DNA from: an uncultured Pseudomonadales bacterium
GTDB lineage: Bacteria; Patescibacteriota; Microgenomatia; UBA1400; PJMF01
Length of the DNA stretch: 64,000 bases
Assembly (NCBI GenBank): GCA_964447075.1
Contig: CAYUQY010000001.1
Coordinates: 41,202 to 105,201 of the forward strand
Direction: 5' to 3'
A model generated the notes under the pieces. That model was not told where the DNA came from. It was given only the letters and a program-made list of their open reading frames with translations, and ran no database searches. Each line of letters opens with the position of its first letter. Position 1 is the first letter of the stretch. Shown in pieces: positions 56,019-64,000 of this stretch. The position numbers were made by a program, and so were the translations under genes.

Positions 56019-56141
56019 TTATAGTGATTATTAAGTGAGTCTAAAGTACTCAATCCCCCTTGCATTGTGCCAAAATTTGTGTATGGTGTTGTGTAAGTAT
56101 TTTCAATATTTTTTAGTTTTCTTTTTGTAAGAAAGGATTTT

Positions 56142-57164
56142 ATGTCTTTGCGTAAAGTTACTAAATCAGTTGCTGCTAGCAAATCACAGCAGTCCGCTAG
56201 AGTTTCCTCGGCCTCTTATCAACCACCTGCCGAGATTACTATGCCTCCAGTAGTTGCTCGTCACCCAAAGGCCGTTGATGTCTCTACTTATCCTTCATAC
56301 GATGCAGGCTCACCATACTCTATCTACTCTTTGATCAAAGGTTTTGGTGACAATGCTGGTTTAGTTTTGATTGGTTTGTCTATCTTTATCCTTGGATTTT
56401 TGGCTGGTTCAATGTGGATGGAAAACACCTTGCTTAAGAAAGGTGTTGTTACCAACGGTGGCACTGCTGCAGCCCCAGCGGCGCCAGCCGCAGCGGCACC
56501 AGCTGCAGCTCAACAAGCTCCACCTGCTCCTGTGAAGGTTAGCTTGGACAAGATCAAAGAGCTTTTTAAGTCAGAAAATATCATGTTTGGTAAGAAAGAT
56601 AGTAAAGTGCTGTTCGTCGAGTTCTCCGACCCAAGTTGTCCTTTCTGTCACGTAGCGTCTGGCAAGAATCCAGAGATCAATAAGCAGATGGGTGAGCGTT
56701 TTATGCTCAAGGCAGATGGTGGGACATACATAGCTCCTGTGGAAGAGATGAAGAAGCTCGTAGATAATGGTACTGCTGGCTATGTCTGGATGTACTCCAA
56801 TGGCCATGGCAATGGTGAGCTGGCATCCCAAGCTCTTTACTGTGCTTATGAAAAAGGCAAGTTCTGGGAAGCACATGACTTACTGATGAACAATGAGGGT
56901 TATAAATTAGTAAATGACGTTGTTAAAAATGACAAAGCTCAGTCTGGCAAGATTGCAGATTTTCTAAAAGGAGCAGTTGACTCCAACTTCATGAAGAGCT
57001 GCTTGGAGGGTGGCAAGTACGCCGCCAGAATTACAGAAGATCAGGCTTTAGGTAGAACCTTGGGTGTCAATGGCACTCCAGGCTTCTTTATCAACGAGTC
57101 CAACTTCGCTGGAGCTTATAGTTATACAGATCTAGAAGCTACCGTTCAGGCAGCTTTGAAGTAA
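56142..57164 (+). CDS. DsbA-like thiol:disulfide oxidoreductase, membrane-anchored, with Ala/Pro-rich linker
   Basis: TM (LVLIGLSIFILGFLAG), linker AAAPAAPAAAAPAAAQQAPPAP, thioredoxin-fold CPFC active site. Confidence 0.7.
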   Translation: MSLRKVTKSVAASKSQQSARVSSASYQPPAEITMPPVVARHPKAVDVSTYPSYDAGSPYSIYSLIKGFGDNAGLVLIGLSIFILGFLAGSMWMENTLLKKGVVTNGGTAAAPAAPAAAAPAAAQQAPPAPVKVSLDKIKELFKSENIMFGKKDSKVLFVEFSDPSCPFCHVASGKNPEINKQMGERFMLKADGGTYIAPVEEMKKLVDNGTAGYVWMYSNGHGNGELASQALYCAYEKGKFWEAHDLLMNNEGYKLVNDVVKNDKAQSGKIADFLKGAVDSNFMKSCLEGGKYAARITEDQALGRTLGVNGTPGFFINESNFAGAYSYTDLEATVQAALK

Positions 57165-57181
57165 GTATTAAATTCTTGGAA

Positions 57182-57216
57182 AAGGCTTCACGCGAATTAA
57201 CGGTGAAGCCTTTTTT
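57182..57216 (+). terminator. Rho-independent terminator after the DsbA-like gene
   Basis: AAGGCTTCAC-gcgaattaacg-GTGAAGCCTT followed by TTTTTT. Confidence 0.55.
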
Positions 57217-57277
57217 AGTATGTGTTATCAAATTGAGATAAAGCGAGGTATAATCCTACCCGCTTTGTTTCTACTTT

Positions 57278-58378
57278 ATGCCATCCTCCAAACACAAGCT
57301 TCCCGTTACTCTGCAGAAAGATCTTAAAGATCTCTTGGCGCAGTCTATATCTCGTGGTTTTGTGACACAAGAAGAGGTGCTAGAGGTAGTAGTCGAGCCA
57401 GAGCTCTATGTTGAGCATCTGGATGACTTTTACGATCAGATTTTAGAGAATAATATCGACATTTTCGAGTCTGTATCTGAGGAAGGTCCTGATGAGGTTT
57501 TGTCTGATATTCAGCGCGAGCTAGATGTCTTGACTTCACTTGACTCCAAGATTGGCACTGATCCAGTGCGTATGTATCTCAAGGAGATTGGCCGCATTCC
57601 CCTACTCAATCGCGAACAAGAGATCGATTTAGCTCAGCGTACAGAGGGTGGTGAGGCTTTGGCCAAAGAGAAATTAATTTCCTCAAACTTGCGTCTGGTA
57701 GTTTCTATAGCCAAAAAGTACATCGGTCGCGGTATGACTTTCTTGGACTTGATTCAAGAGGGTAATAAAGGTCTAATTCGCGCTGTCGAGAAGTATGACT
57801 GGACCAAAGGCTTCAAGTTTTCTACCTACGCTACTTGGTGGATTCGTCAGGCCATAACTCGCGCTATTGCTGACCAAGCTCGTACTATCCGCATCCCAGT
57901 CCACATGGTCGAGACGATCAATAAGCTCATGCGTACCAGTCGCAAGCTGATGCAAGACTTTGGTCGTGAGCCAACAGCTGAAGAAATTGGTGCAGCCATG
58001 GAGATCGAGCCGGATCGAGTGCGCGAGATCTTGAAGATTTCCCAGAAGACGACGTCTCTAGAGACACCCATCGGTGACGAAGAAGACACATTCTTGGGCG
58101 ATTTTATAGCTGATGAGTCACAAGTCTCCCCTTATGAAGCAACTAGTCAGAAGATGCTTAAAGAGAACGTAGATGAGGTACTCAGTGCCCTCTCCGACCG
58201 CGAGGCTCGTGTTCTTCGCATGCGTTTTGGATTATCTGGCTCAAGGCCAATGACGCTCGAGGAAGTGGGCGCTAAGTTCAACGTCACACGCGAGCGTATT
58301 CGACAGATCGAGGCCAAGGCATTACGCAAACTGCGCCATCCTAGCAAACGCAAGAGACTGCAGGACTTTTTGGAGTAG
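57278..58378 (+). CDS. rpoD: RNA polymerase primary sigma factor (sigma-70 family, short region 1)
   Basis: Region 2.4 [25 protein letters not shown]. Region 3 and 4.2 ([28 protein letters not shown]). Confidence 0.9.
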   Translation: MPSSKHKLPVTLQKDLKDLLAQSISRGFVTQEEVLEVVVEPELYVEHLDDFYDQILENNIDIFESVSEEGPDEVLSDIQRELDVLTSLDSKIGTDPVRMYLKEIGRIPLLNREQEIDLAQRTEGGEALAKEKLISSNLRLVVSIAKKYIGRGMTFLDLIQEGNKGLIRAVEKYDWTKGFKFSTYATWWIRQAITRAIADQARTIRIPVHMVETINKLMRTSRKLMQDFGREPTAEEIGAAMEIEPDRVREILKISQKTTSLETPIGDEEDTFLGDFIADESQVSPYEATSQKMLKENVDEVLSALSDREARVLRMRFGLSGSRPMTLEEVGAKFNVTRERIRQIEAKALRKLRHPSKRKRLQDFLE

Positions 58379-58465
58379 GTTGGAGATAGCACTCTTTAAT
58401 TTTTTTCACACGTGAGTTGGATTTTGAGCCTTGATGCTGTTAAAATACCTGGTGATTGAAGCCAT

Positions 58466-58540
58466 TCCCTGGTAGCTCAACGGTAGAGCAGCTCGCTGTT
58501 AACGAGAAGGTTCTAGGTTCGAATCCTAGCCGGGGAGCCA
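58466..58540 (+). tRNA. tRNA-Asn (anticodon GTT), CCA encoded
   Basis: Acceptor TCCCTGG/CCGGGGA, D-arm GCTC-AACGGTA-GAGC, anticodon loop CTGTTAA, T-arm CTAGG-TTCGAAT-CCTAG, discriminator G plus CCA. Confidence 0.85.
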
Positions 58541-60034
58541 AGCTGAACATGGTGCATATTTGAGCACCTCATCGAATGGATATTTAGCGATATATCGCAC
58601 TATTTTGCCATCAAGACTTTGGTTCGAGAATACAAAATTGAGAATTATCCTTTTTTCTTCCATTATCGAACCACGAAAAATGTCAGCCATGCGTGCAGCT
58701 AGTTTTACCAGATGTGCAGTGCTGAGATAGTAGTCCTGCTGGAGCTTTTCAAGTTTCTTAATCTGCTGTTGAATACCTTGCTTGTCATCGTTAGAGCTTC
58801 GTTCAAATTCGAGGTATCTTTCTTCAGTAATGCTCCCACGAGCATAGTCCTTGTAGCCTTTTGTTAGGCCAGCTTCGACCTTTTTAAGCTCAGTCGATAG
58901 ATGAGTGTATTGTTTATTGTAAAAGTCTTGATTTTGGGCGTGGTTTCCCTCGAGCTTCTGGGTAATTTTCTCAAGATCGCTTTGTGGAATTTTCATTTTA
59001 CTAAATACATCAGCAAACTGATCATCAATTTTTTCTTGACTAATACTGATGACTCTATCATGCGCTCTGAAGTGGTTCGTGCAGTGATAGTATTTGTGCA
59101 TCCGCACAGTACCGTCTTTTAGCTTCTTTTTCTTTGGATCTGGGGTTATTGCAGCTGAGCATTGATAGCAGCTTAATAAGCCTCGATAATCATGGTTTTT
59201 ATTTTCGCCTTTAAGCTTCCTTCTTTTATTATCCCCAGACCTAGAAACTCTTACTTCTTGAGCTTTCTGGTAAATGTCATCAGGTATGACAAGTTCATAT
59301 TTATGAGGTACGGTGCGATTAGAATGTTCAATAATACCTTCATAAAAGCGATTTACTATGATTTGCTGAATGCTGTTTTGAGGTAAATGAATGGCGAACT
59401 CATTTTTTACTTTGACGGAAATTTCTCGATATGAAAAATTTCCGCTTGCGTACCAGTCAAATATTTTTCTTAAAACTAAAGATTTTATTGGGTCTGGTTT
59501 AATCCATTTTGAATTATTTTCTCTCGTAAAGTTGATATAGCCAAATGGTGCACATCCTGGCATTTCACCATTATCAAGTTTGGTTTCAGCAGTATTGAAA
59601 GCATCTTCTTTAAGCCTGTTAATTGTCTGTTTTGCCACGAAAACTTTTAAATCCCATTCTTGTATATCTCTACCAACAGATTTTTTGTTTAAAACTAACC
59701 TGTCACTCACAAAGTGAAGTTCTTTTTCATGCTTTACTCTTAAATCATCCATTGCCACAGCATCTCTGAAATTTCTTGTTATTCGATCTACTCTAAAAGT
59801 AATAATTGCTGAAATATCACTTCTTTTTTTAACATAAGAAATCATTTCATCAAACTTTTTGCGAATTTTGCTATCGGCGCTTTCTTGAAAAACAAATTCA
59901 TCACTTTCATTTACCTGAAAACCCATTCTTTCCGCATATTCTCTTAATTCGGGCAATTGAATCTTTTTTAAAGACAGACCTTCTTCTTCCTGTCTTTTTG
60001 TAGAGACTCGAGCTAATAGTACTGCTCTTTTCAT
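58526..60034 (-). CDS. Large serine recombinase (resolvase/invertase catalytic domain, recombinase domain and zinc beta-ribbon)
   Basis: N-terminus AVLLARVSTKRQ (catalytic Ser region), ...RVDRITRN, C-terminal Cys cluster CYQCSAAI...YYHCTNHF. 502 aa. The last 5 codons are encoded by the tRNA-Asn 3' end. Confidence 0.85.
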   Translation of the reverse strand: MKRAVLLARVSTKRQEEEGLSLKKIQLPELREYAERMGFQVNESDEFVFQESADSKIRKKFDEMISYVKKRSDISAIITFRVDRITRNFRDAVAMDDLRVKHEKELHFVSDRLVLNKKSVGRDIQEWDLKVFVAKQTINRLKEDAFNTAETKLDNGEMPGCAPFGYINFTRENNSKWIKPDPIKSLVLRKIFDWYASGNFSYREISVKVKNEFAIHLPQNSIQQIIVNRFYEGIIEHSNRTVPHKYELVIPDDIYQKAQEVRVSRSGDNKRRKLKGENKNHDYRGLLSCYQCSAAITPDPKKKKLKDGTVRMHKYYHCTNHFRAHDRVISISQEKIDDQFADVFSKMKIPQSDLEKITQKLEGNHAQNQDFYNKQYTHLSTELKKVEAGLTKGYKDYARGSITEERYLEFERSSNDDKQGIQQQIKKLEKLQQDYYLSTAHLVKLAARMADIFRGSIMEEKRIILNFVFSNQSLDGKIVRYIAKYPFDEVLKYAPCSAWLPG

Positions 60035-60117
60035 ATTTTTATTTGTATTTTCTTAAACTTTTTAGCAGTTACTGTTTTTGGGGTTGATCTCTCAACTTTT
60101 ACTGCTTGGATATATGT

Positions 60118-63100
60118 TTATACATAGTAATCAAAGATTTCTTGACGTTCTATTTCAGAAAGTGAATATAAGTCACAAACTGAATCTTCAATTGATTTAT
60201 CAATATTTTCAATCTCTTCTGACAAGCTAATACAGTCAAATTGATATTTATTAAAAAGTCCATTCAAGTCAGCATTTTCATTAATGTTCAGTTTGAGACC
60301 CGTCTCTTTAAGAAAATCTTTATAGTTAAGAGTCCAAAACAAGTTAAACTTTTGTTTTAGTTGAAGTTTTTCATGTTGAGAAAGCACTATTTCTATAAAA
60401 CTGTGAGCAATTGAAGATCGCTTTTTAATTAGTTTTTCTATATCAATAGTTAAATCGCCAATTGTTTTTTGTTCTTTAGCATTAATACTTTTTATTGGCA
60501 TCATAGAAAGATGCAATGGCTTTACTTCATATTCATTAAATACTGTATTAAAGTAGTAATCTAACGCTTTTGAGTTTAAAAGTGCGTATATATATCTTAG
60601 TTGATAACTATTGTTTGTAATTACAATATTTGAAAGTCTGTTGAGATTATAAAATTGATTTTCGTCATAGTAGCAAACGATTTTTCTTTTCATGCCCCTT
60701 CTGGTTCTTTGAACTAGAATCTTTTTATCTATAAAAATATTTTCTGGGGGTAGAGATCTGCCTAAATCACCATAGGATTTTACTAAATCTTTATCATAAA
60801 TAACCCAGTCACCCTTCCAATTGAATGAATATCTAGATATATCTTTACCACTTAAAAGCTTGTGATATTTGTCATTCAGCTTATTTTTTGAAACGAGTTT
60901 GTCTTTTATGTACCCAGTGTTAATACCAACTGTGACATAAGATATTTCACCAAGTAAAATTGAATCTCTTTTAATTTTTTTTACAATTTCATGTCTTGAG
61001 CCAGTTAGGTATATATTAAATGTGCCTTCTTCATTGAATGTTTTCTTTAAATCAATTTCATATTCGTTTTGTGCAATATCAATACCCCTGTTTCTGTCAG
61101 TCTGAATTCTAATTAGTGTATTTTTAAATGCAGGATTTTTTGAAACAGTTAAGATTACACTTTCCACTACGACTCCCTCAAATATTTTCAAACCAAGATA
61201 GTAAATTTCTTTTACACAGTAGTTTTCTACTAAGTGTTTTCTTAACTTTTGATATGTTTTTGCAGAAAGGAATGTGTTTGGAATTATAAAACTACTTGTA
61301 GAGTAATTACTTGCTAGCTCTGATATCTTTTCAATAAATATCTTATACAAGTCAAAGTTCCCTTCAATTGAAGAGTACTTACTTAAAAAATAATCTTTTT
61401 CATCCTTACTTATTGCATTTCTATAAGTGTAGGGGGGATTTCCCACCACCACATCAAAACCACCATTATCAAAAACCTCTTTAAATTCTTCTTTCCAGTT
61501 GAAAGCTTTCGAGCCTGCTATTTTGGGGTCATCAATCAATGAGTTTCCTACTCTAATATTCTTGTCTAGATAGGTCAGCTTTTTACCCCTCTGAGCTGTT
61601 TTGAGCCAAAGCGAAAGCTGAGTTATACGGACGGATTCCTCGTTGAGGTCAACACCATAAATGTTGTTTCGGAGAATATCCTTATAGACCTGATCTTGGC
61701 TAAATAGGCCACCTACTAGTTCACCAACACGTCTATTTTCTTCTAGCAAGTAATCGAATACCTTAACTAGGAATGCACCACTTCCACAAGCAGGGTCAAC
61801 GACTTTAACCGTATGTAGAAAATCTTGGTATTCTATTAGAGCTTTATTTTCTCGTTCTCGATAGCCTTTTTCGGTCTTTGCTTTGGTGAGCTCATACTTT
61901 TCAAAAATTCTTTCTTGATTTTCACTGAGGTACTTGCCAAGTGAGTTTTGAACGATGTAGTCAACAATGTATTCAGGGGTATAAAAAATACCGTCTTTCT
62001 TTCTCTTTGACTTGATACTCGCTTCATCTGGGTCTACTTTTTGTTTTATTTCTTCTAAGTCAGAGATGGATTGTTCGAAAACATGACCCAAAATATTAAC
62101 TGTCAGTTCATTTTCGAAGTCATACCTGCCGAAGCTACTTAATGCCTTGAGTGCGCCATCAGATATAGTGAGTGAGTCTAGTTCGTGATCTTCATGAAAT
62201 AATCCGCCGTTGTATCCTTCTGGTATTCCTAGCTTTTCACTGCCTGAGTCAACTGCTTTAAAGAATCCTTTTAATGTATCCCACACTGAAGAAAAGTTAT
62301 TACTACTGTCTGACAGCATGAACACTTTATGCAGTGTGTTGTCGGGGAGTAATCCAGAATCTTCGCAGAAACTCACAAAAACAATCCGATCCAAGAGTTT
62401 TTGAGCCTTATCGGTCACAAAGTGGATATCACGTTTTGTTTTGTTGTTTTTCCAGATGTCCCGCATTAACTCTAATCGCAAATGACTATATTCGTTGTAA
62501 AAGTCTTTCGAGATCTTTTCTTGCTCAATGCGAATCTCAGAGAGTAGTTCTTCAGTTCTTGATTTGCCTCTGCCTGAAACGAAGTTTTCAGCACTCAGAA
62601 GTAATATGAATTTTTTGAGTTCAAAGTAGTCATTGGCTGGGTCACACAGTGATTTTAAGGTAAATTGCTCATAGTCGAGTTGATTGTCTTGAAATAGGCG
62701 AATCTCGTAAAAGTTAGTAGCAATAACAAATCGACAGTCTTTAAACAATGGCTTGTATTTAAATGCTTGCTGGATAGGTGTTAGGTTGCCCTCACGTTGC
62801 TGAGATCGTTCTAACGGTTTATTTACGTCTTTGATTTCCACGACTGCAAAGACACGTTGCTTCTTACCATCAAACCAGCCTAGGCCTGCGTCAGCCCGTT
62901 GGCCGCCCTTGTCTGGACTGAGTTGGGGGATGATAGTGTGGGGTTGAGATGGGTACTCGGTATAGCCCAAGACTTTCTTAAAAATATCATCATTAAAAGC
63001 TTGTTCGCATTGGCCTTCAGTTTTATTCAACAGGCTTCCGTCTAGATAGGCATTATGCCATTGTTGAATAATTGCCAGTTTTTTATCAAAGTCAGGAACC

Positions 63101-63153
63101 TTTAACTCAGCAATTTTTTGCTTGACAGTACTGCGTTTGAAAATGTTTGCCAT
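60118..63153 (-). CDS. Type IIG (MmeI-like) restriction-modification enzyme: N-terminal PD-(D/E)xK endonuclease, gamma-class N6-adenine methyltransferase and C-terminal target-recognition domain in one 1011-aa polypeptide
   Basis: N-domain D...VVEIKD (D-E-x-K-like). Methyltransferase motif X GIFYTPEYIV, motif I VVDPACGSGAFLV, motif IV VVVGNPPY. Long C-terminal TRD-like region. Confidence 0.7.
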   Translation of the reverse strand: MANIFKRSTVKQKIAELKVPDFDKKLAIIQQWHNAYLDGSLLNKTEGQCEQAFNDDIFKKVLGYTEYPSQPHTIIPQLSPDKGGQRADAGLGWFDGKKQRVFAVVEIKDVNKPLERSQQREGNLTPIQQAFKYKPLFKDCRFVIATNFYEIRLFQDNQLDYEQFTLKSLCDPANDYFELKKFILLLSAENFVSGRGKSRTEELLSEIRIEQEKISKDFYNEYSHLRLELMRDIWKNNKTKRDIHFVTDKAQKLLDRIVFVSFCEDSGLLPDNTLHKVFMLSDSSNNFSSVWDTLKGFFKAVDSGSEKLGIPEGYNGGLFHEDHELDSLTISDGALKALSSFGRYDFENELTVNILGHVFEQSISDLEEIKQKVDPDEASIKSKRKKDGIFYTPEYIVDYIVQNSLGKYLSENQERIFEKYELTKAKTEKGYRERENKALIEYQDFLHTVKVVDPACGSGAFLVKVFDYLLEENRRVGELVGGLFSQDQVYKDILRNNIYGVDLNEESVRITQLSLWLKTAQRGKKLTYLDKNIRVGNSLIDDPKIAGSKAFNWKEEFKEVFDNGGFDVVVGNPPYTYRNAISKDEKDYFLSKYSSIEGNFDLYKIFIEKISELASNYSTSSFIIPNTFLSAKTYQKLRKHLVENYCVKEIYYLGLKIFEGVVVESVILTVSKNPAFKNTLIRIQTDRNRGIDIAQNEYEIDLKKTFNEEGTFNIYLTGSRHEIVKKIKRDSILLGEISYVTVGINTGYIKDKLVSKNKLNDKYHKLLSGKDISRYSFNWKGDWVIYDKDLVKSYGDLGRSLPPENIFIDKKILVQRTRRGMKRKIVCYYDENQFYNLNRLSNIVITNNSYQLRYIYALLNSKALDYYFNTVFNEYEVKPLHLSMMPIKSINAKEQKTIGDLTIDIEKLIKKRSSIAHSFIEIVLSQHEKLQLKQKFNLFWTLNYKDFLKETGLKLNINENADLNGLFNKYQFDCISLSEEIENIDKSIEDSVCDLYSLSEIERQEIFDYYV

Positions 63154-63161
63154 ATTGGTTA

Positions 63162-63323
63162 CTTACTTTCAATAAATGCTTCTAAGACTTCTTTTTTGAT
63201 TCGATACTGTCTGCCAACTCTCGAGGACTCTAGCTTTTTACTTTTGACCCACCTAAAAACAGTCATATATGAGACCTTAAGGAGCTGAGCAATTTCATGT
63301 AGTGTGTAAAAATCGTCTTTCAT
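63162..63323 (-). CDS. Excisionase-family / MerR-like helix-turn-helix small protein (54 aa). Absent from the ORF track because it is under 60 aa.
   Basis: Manual translation: MKDDFYTLHEIAQLLKVSYMTVFRWVKSKKLESSRVGRQYRIKKEVLEAFIESK. Matches the excisionase-type HTH pattern (..EaAelLgVS..TvyRwvr.GkLpa.rvGr.yRI...dLeaf). Its stop is 8 nt upstream of the RM start codon. Confidence 0.5.
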
Positions 63324-63333
63324 AGGTATTACT

Positions 63334-63927
63334 CTAGTTTACATTATTTAACATTAATTGTGGATAGTCTTTCAATCTTACAGTTTTAAATTCATTAACT
63401 GCTTTTATAAGTAAATCAATCTTATTATCTTTACGCTTATCAATTTTGATTGATTCATACTTGTCTTTGATGCGAAACCAGTGTTTTCCCCTTGGATCAA
63501 GTAGTAGCCTGGCAGTTCGTATATCATGTTCTGCCACGATCTCGTTAAAAGCTAAAAATTCAAGAATCATTCGAGGTTTTATGTGTGGATTATCTGCAAT
63601 AAGATTGATTGCTCTCGTAGTAAATGAATCAGAATTTTTTTCTGACACAAGAGATAATGCTTGTTCAATATTTTTAAGTTGGCTTAAACATGCTCTTTTT
63701 GCAATATCTTCTGAAAATAAGTTTTTAAATGTTAAGTCTGGTAGCTTATACGGAATACCGATTTTGTTTAATTCGCTTTTGATCTTGTGTCTCCTGTTAA
63801 GCCGCAACTCTAAGCGTAGTACCTCAAATGGGTCTTTTTCACTTTTTTCAAGTAAGTCAAAGAGACCACTCTGTATAAATTTATCTTTTTCTACTGATCT
63901 TTTTGGGCTCAATTTTGCCTTTGCCAA
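63334..63927 (-). CDS. Hypothetical island-borne protein (197 aa, Lys-rich)
   Basis: Clean ORF within the AT-rich island. No family recognised. Confidence 0.35.
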   Translation of the reverse strand: MAKAKLSPKRSVEKDKFIQSGLFDLLEKSEKDPFEVLRLELRLNRRHKIKSELNKIGIPYKLPDLTFKNLFSEDIAKRACLSQLKNIEQALSLVSEKNSDSFTTRAINLIADNPHIKPRMILEFLAFNEIVAEHDIRTARLLLDPRGKHWFRIKDKYESIKIDKRKDNKIDLLIKAVNEFKTVRLKDYPQLMLNNVN

Positions 63928-64000
63928 GTCTTTGAGCTTGTCATAGAGTATGAATTCAAAAGTATTGCTGTGATATTTATAGCTGTGACCATTATTGCGA

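Larger units (their letters stand above)
58466..64000. mobile_element. Integrated AT-rich genomic island inserted at the tRNA-Asn 3' end (partial; continues beyond the window). Carries a large serine recombinase, a type IIG RM enzyme, an excisionase-type HTH and a hypothetical protein.
   Basis: The recombinase ORF ends inside the tRNA T-arm. There is an abrupt drop to visibly AT-rich composition after ~58.55 kb. The cargo is typical mobile/defence content. No attR repeat was found inside the window. Confidence 0.55.

Noticed and set aside
58466-58540. Possibility that the tRNA-Asn is a pseudo-tRNA created by integration
   Set aside because: Complete cloverleaf with a 7-bp acceptor stem, intact T-loop TTCGAAT and encoded CCA, so it appears functional.
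63446-63946. 166-aa +strand ORF
   Set aside because: It is antisense to the cleaner 197-aa minus-strand ORF in an AT-rich region, has a Ser/Leu-rich low-complexity translation and no start context.
1-64000. CRISPR arrays or cas genes
   Set aside because: No regularly spaced direct repeats and no Cas-like proteins were seen in any frame.
60035-64000. attR direct repeat of the tRNA-Asn 3' end inside the island
   Set aside because: Scanned by eye for GGTTCGAATCC / CCTAGCCGGGG copies downstream of the recombinase and found none. The right boundary is presumably beyond the window.

Overview
The window reads as a compact, gene-dense bacterial chromosome segment at roughly 45% GC by eye. The gene content points to a Patescibacteria/CPR-type, probably Saccharibacteria-like, monoderm organism; this is inference from content, not a database hit.

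Supporting content: FemAB-family peptidoglycan bridge enzyme, a secretin-less type IV pilus module (pilin-like, pilM, pilN, pilO), a short trigger factor, ribosomal protein S16 with a low-complexity tail followed by a KH protein, an RRM/RGG RNA-binding protein, only gap and pgk from glycolysis, and a heavy nucleoside/SAM salvage complement.

Most of the window is housekeeping:
- thrS-infC-rpmI-rplT-(terminator)-pheS-[metallophosphoesterase]-pheT;
- recG-(basic protein)-nusB-(ACP-like)-rnc-rpsP-KH, a Bacillus-like order in compacted form;
- ahcY plus a PfkB kinase, tyrS, a class A PBP, glmS, miaB-miaA, an AI-2E transporter, RNase P RNA (rnpB), yifB/comM, gap-pgk, pyrH, uvrD/pcrA divergent from trxB, a DsbA-like protein, and rpoD.

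Three tRNAs are present: Val-GAC, Cys-GCA and Asn-GTT.

Two regions look accessory:
- Positions 59-5804 form an all-minus-strand cluster: a large membrane-anchored surface protein, a nucleoside-deoxyribosyltransferase-like (NDT-like) domain fused to a C-terminal ribbon-helix-helix (RHH), a phosphoribosyltransferase (PRTase)-domain protein, an intact SAM methyltransferase and a decayed paralog.
- An AT-rich integrated element begins in the 3' end of tRNA-Asn at about 58.47 kb and runs to the window edge. It carries a large serine recombinase whose C-terminus is encoded by the tRNA 3' end, a 1011-aa MmeI-like type IIG restriction-modification enzyme, and a small excisionase-type HTH gene that the ORF track missed because it is under 60 aa.

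No CRISPR array and no reverse transcriptase were seen.
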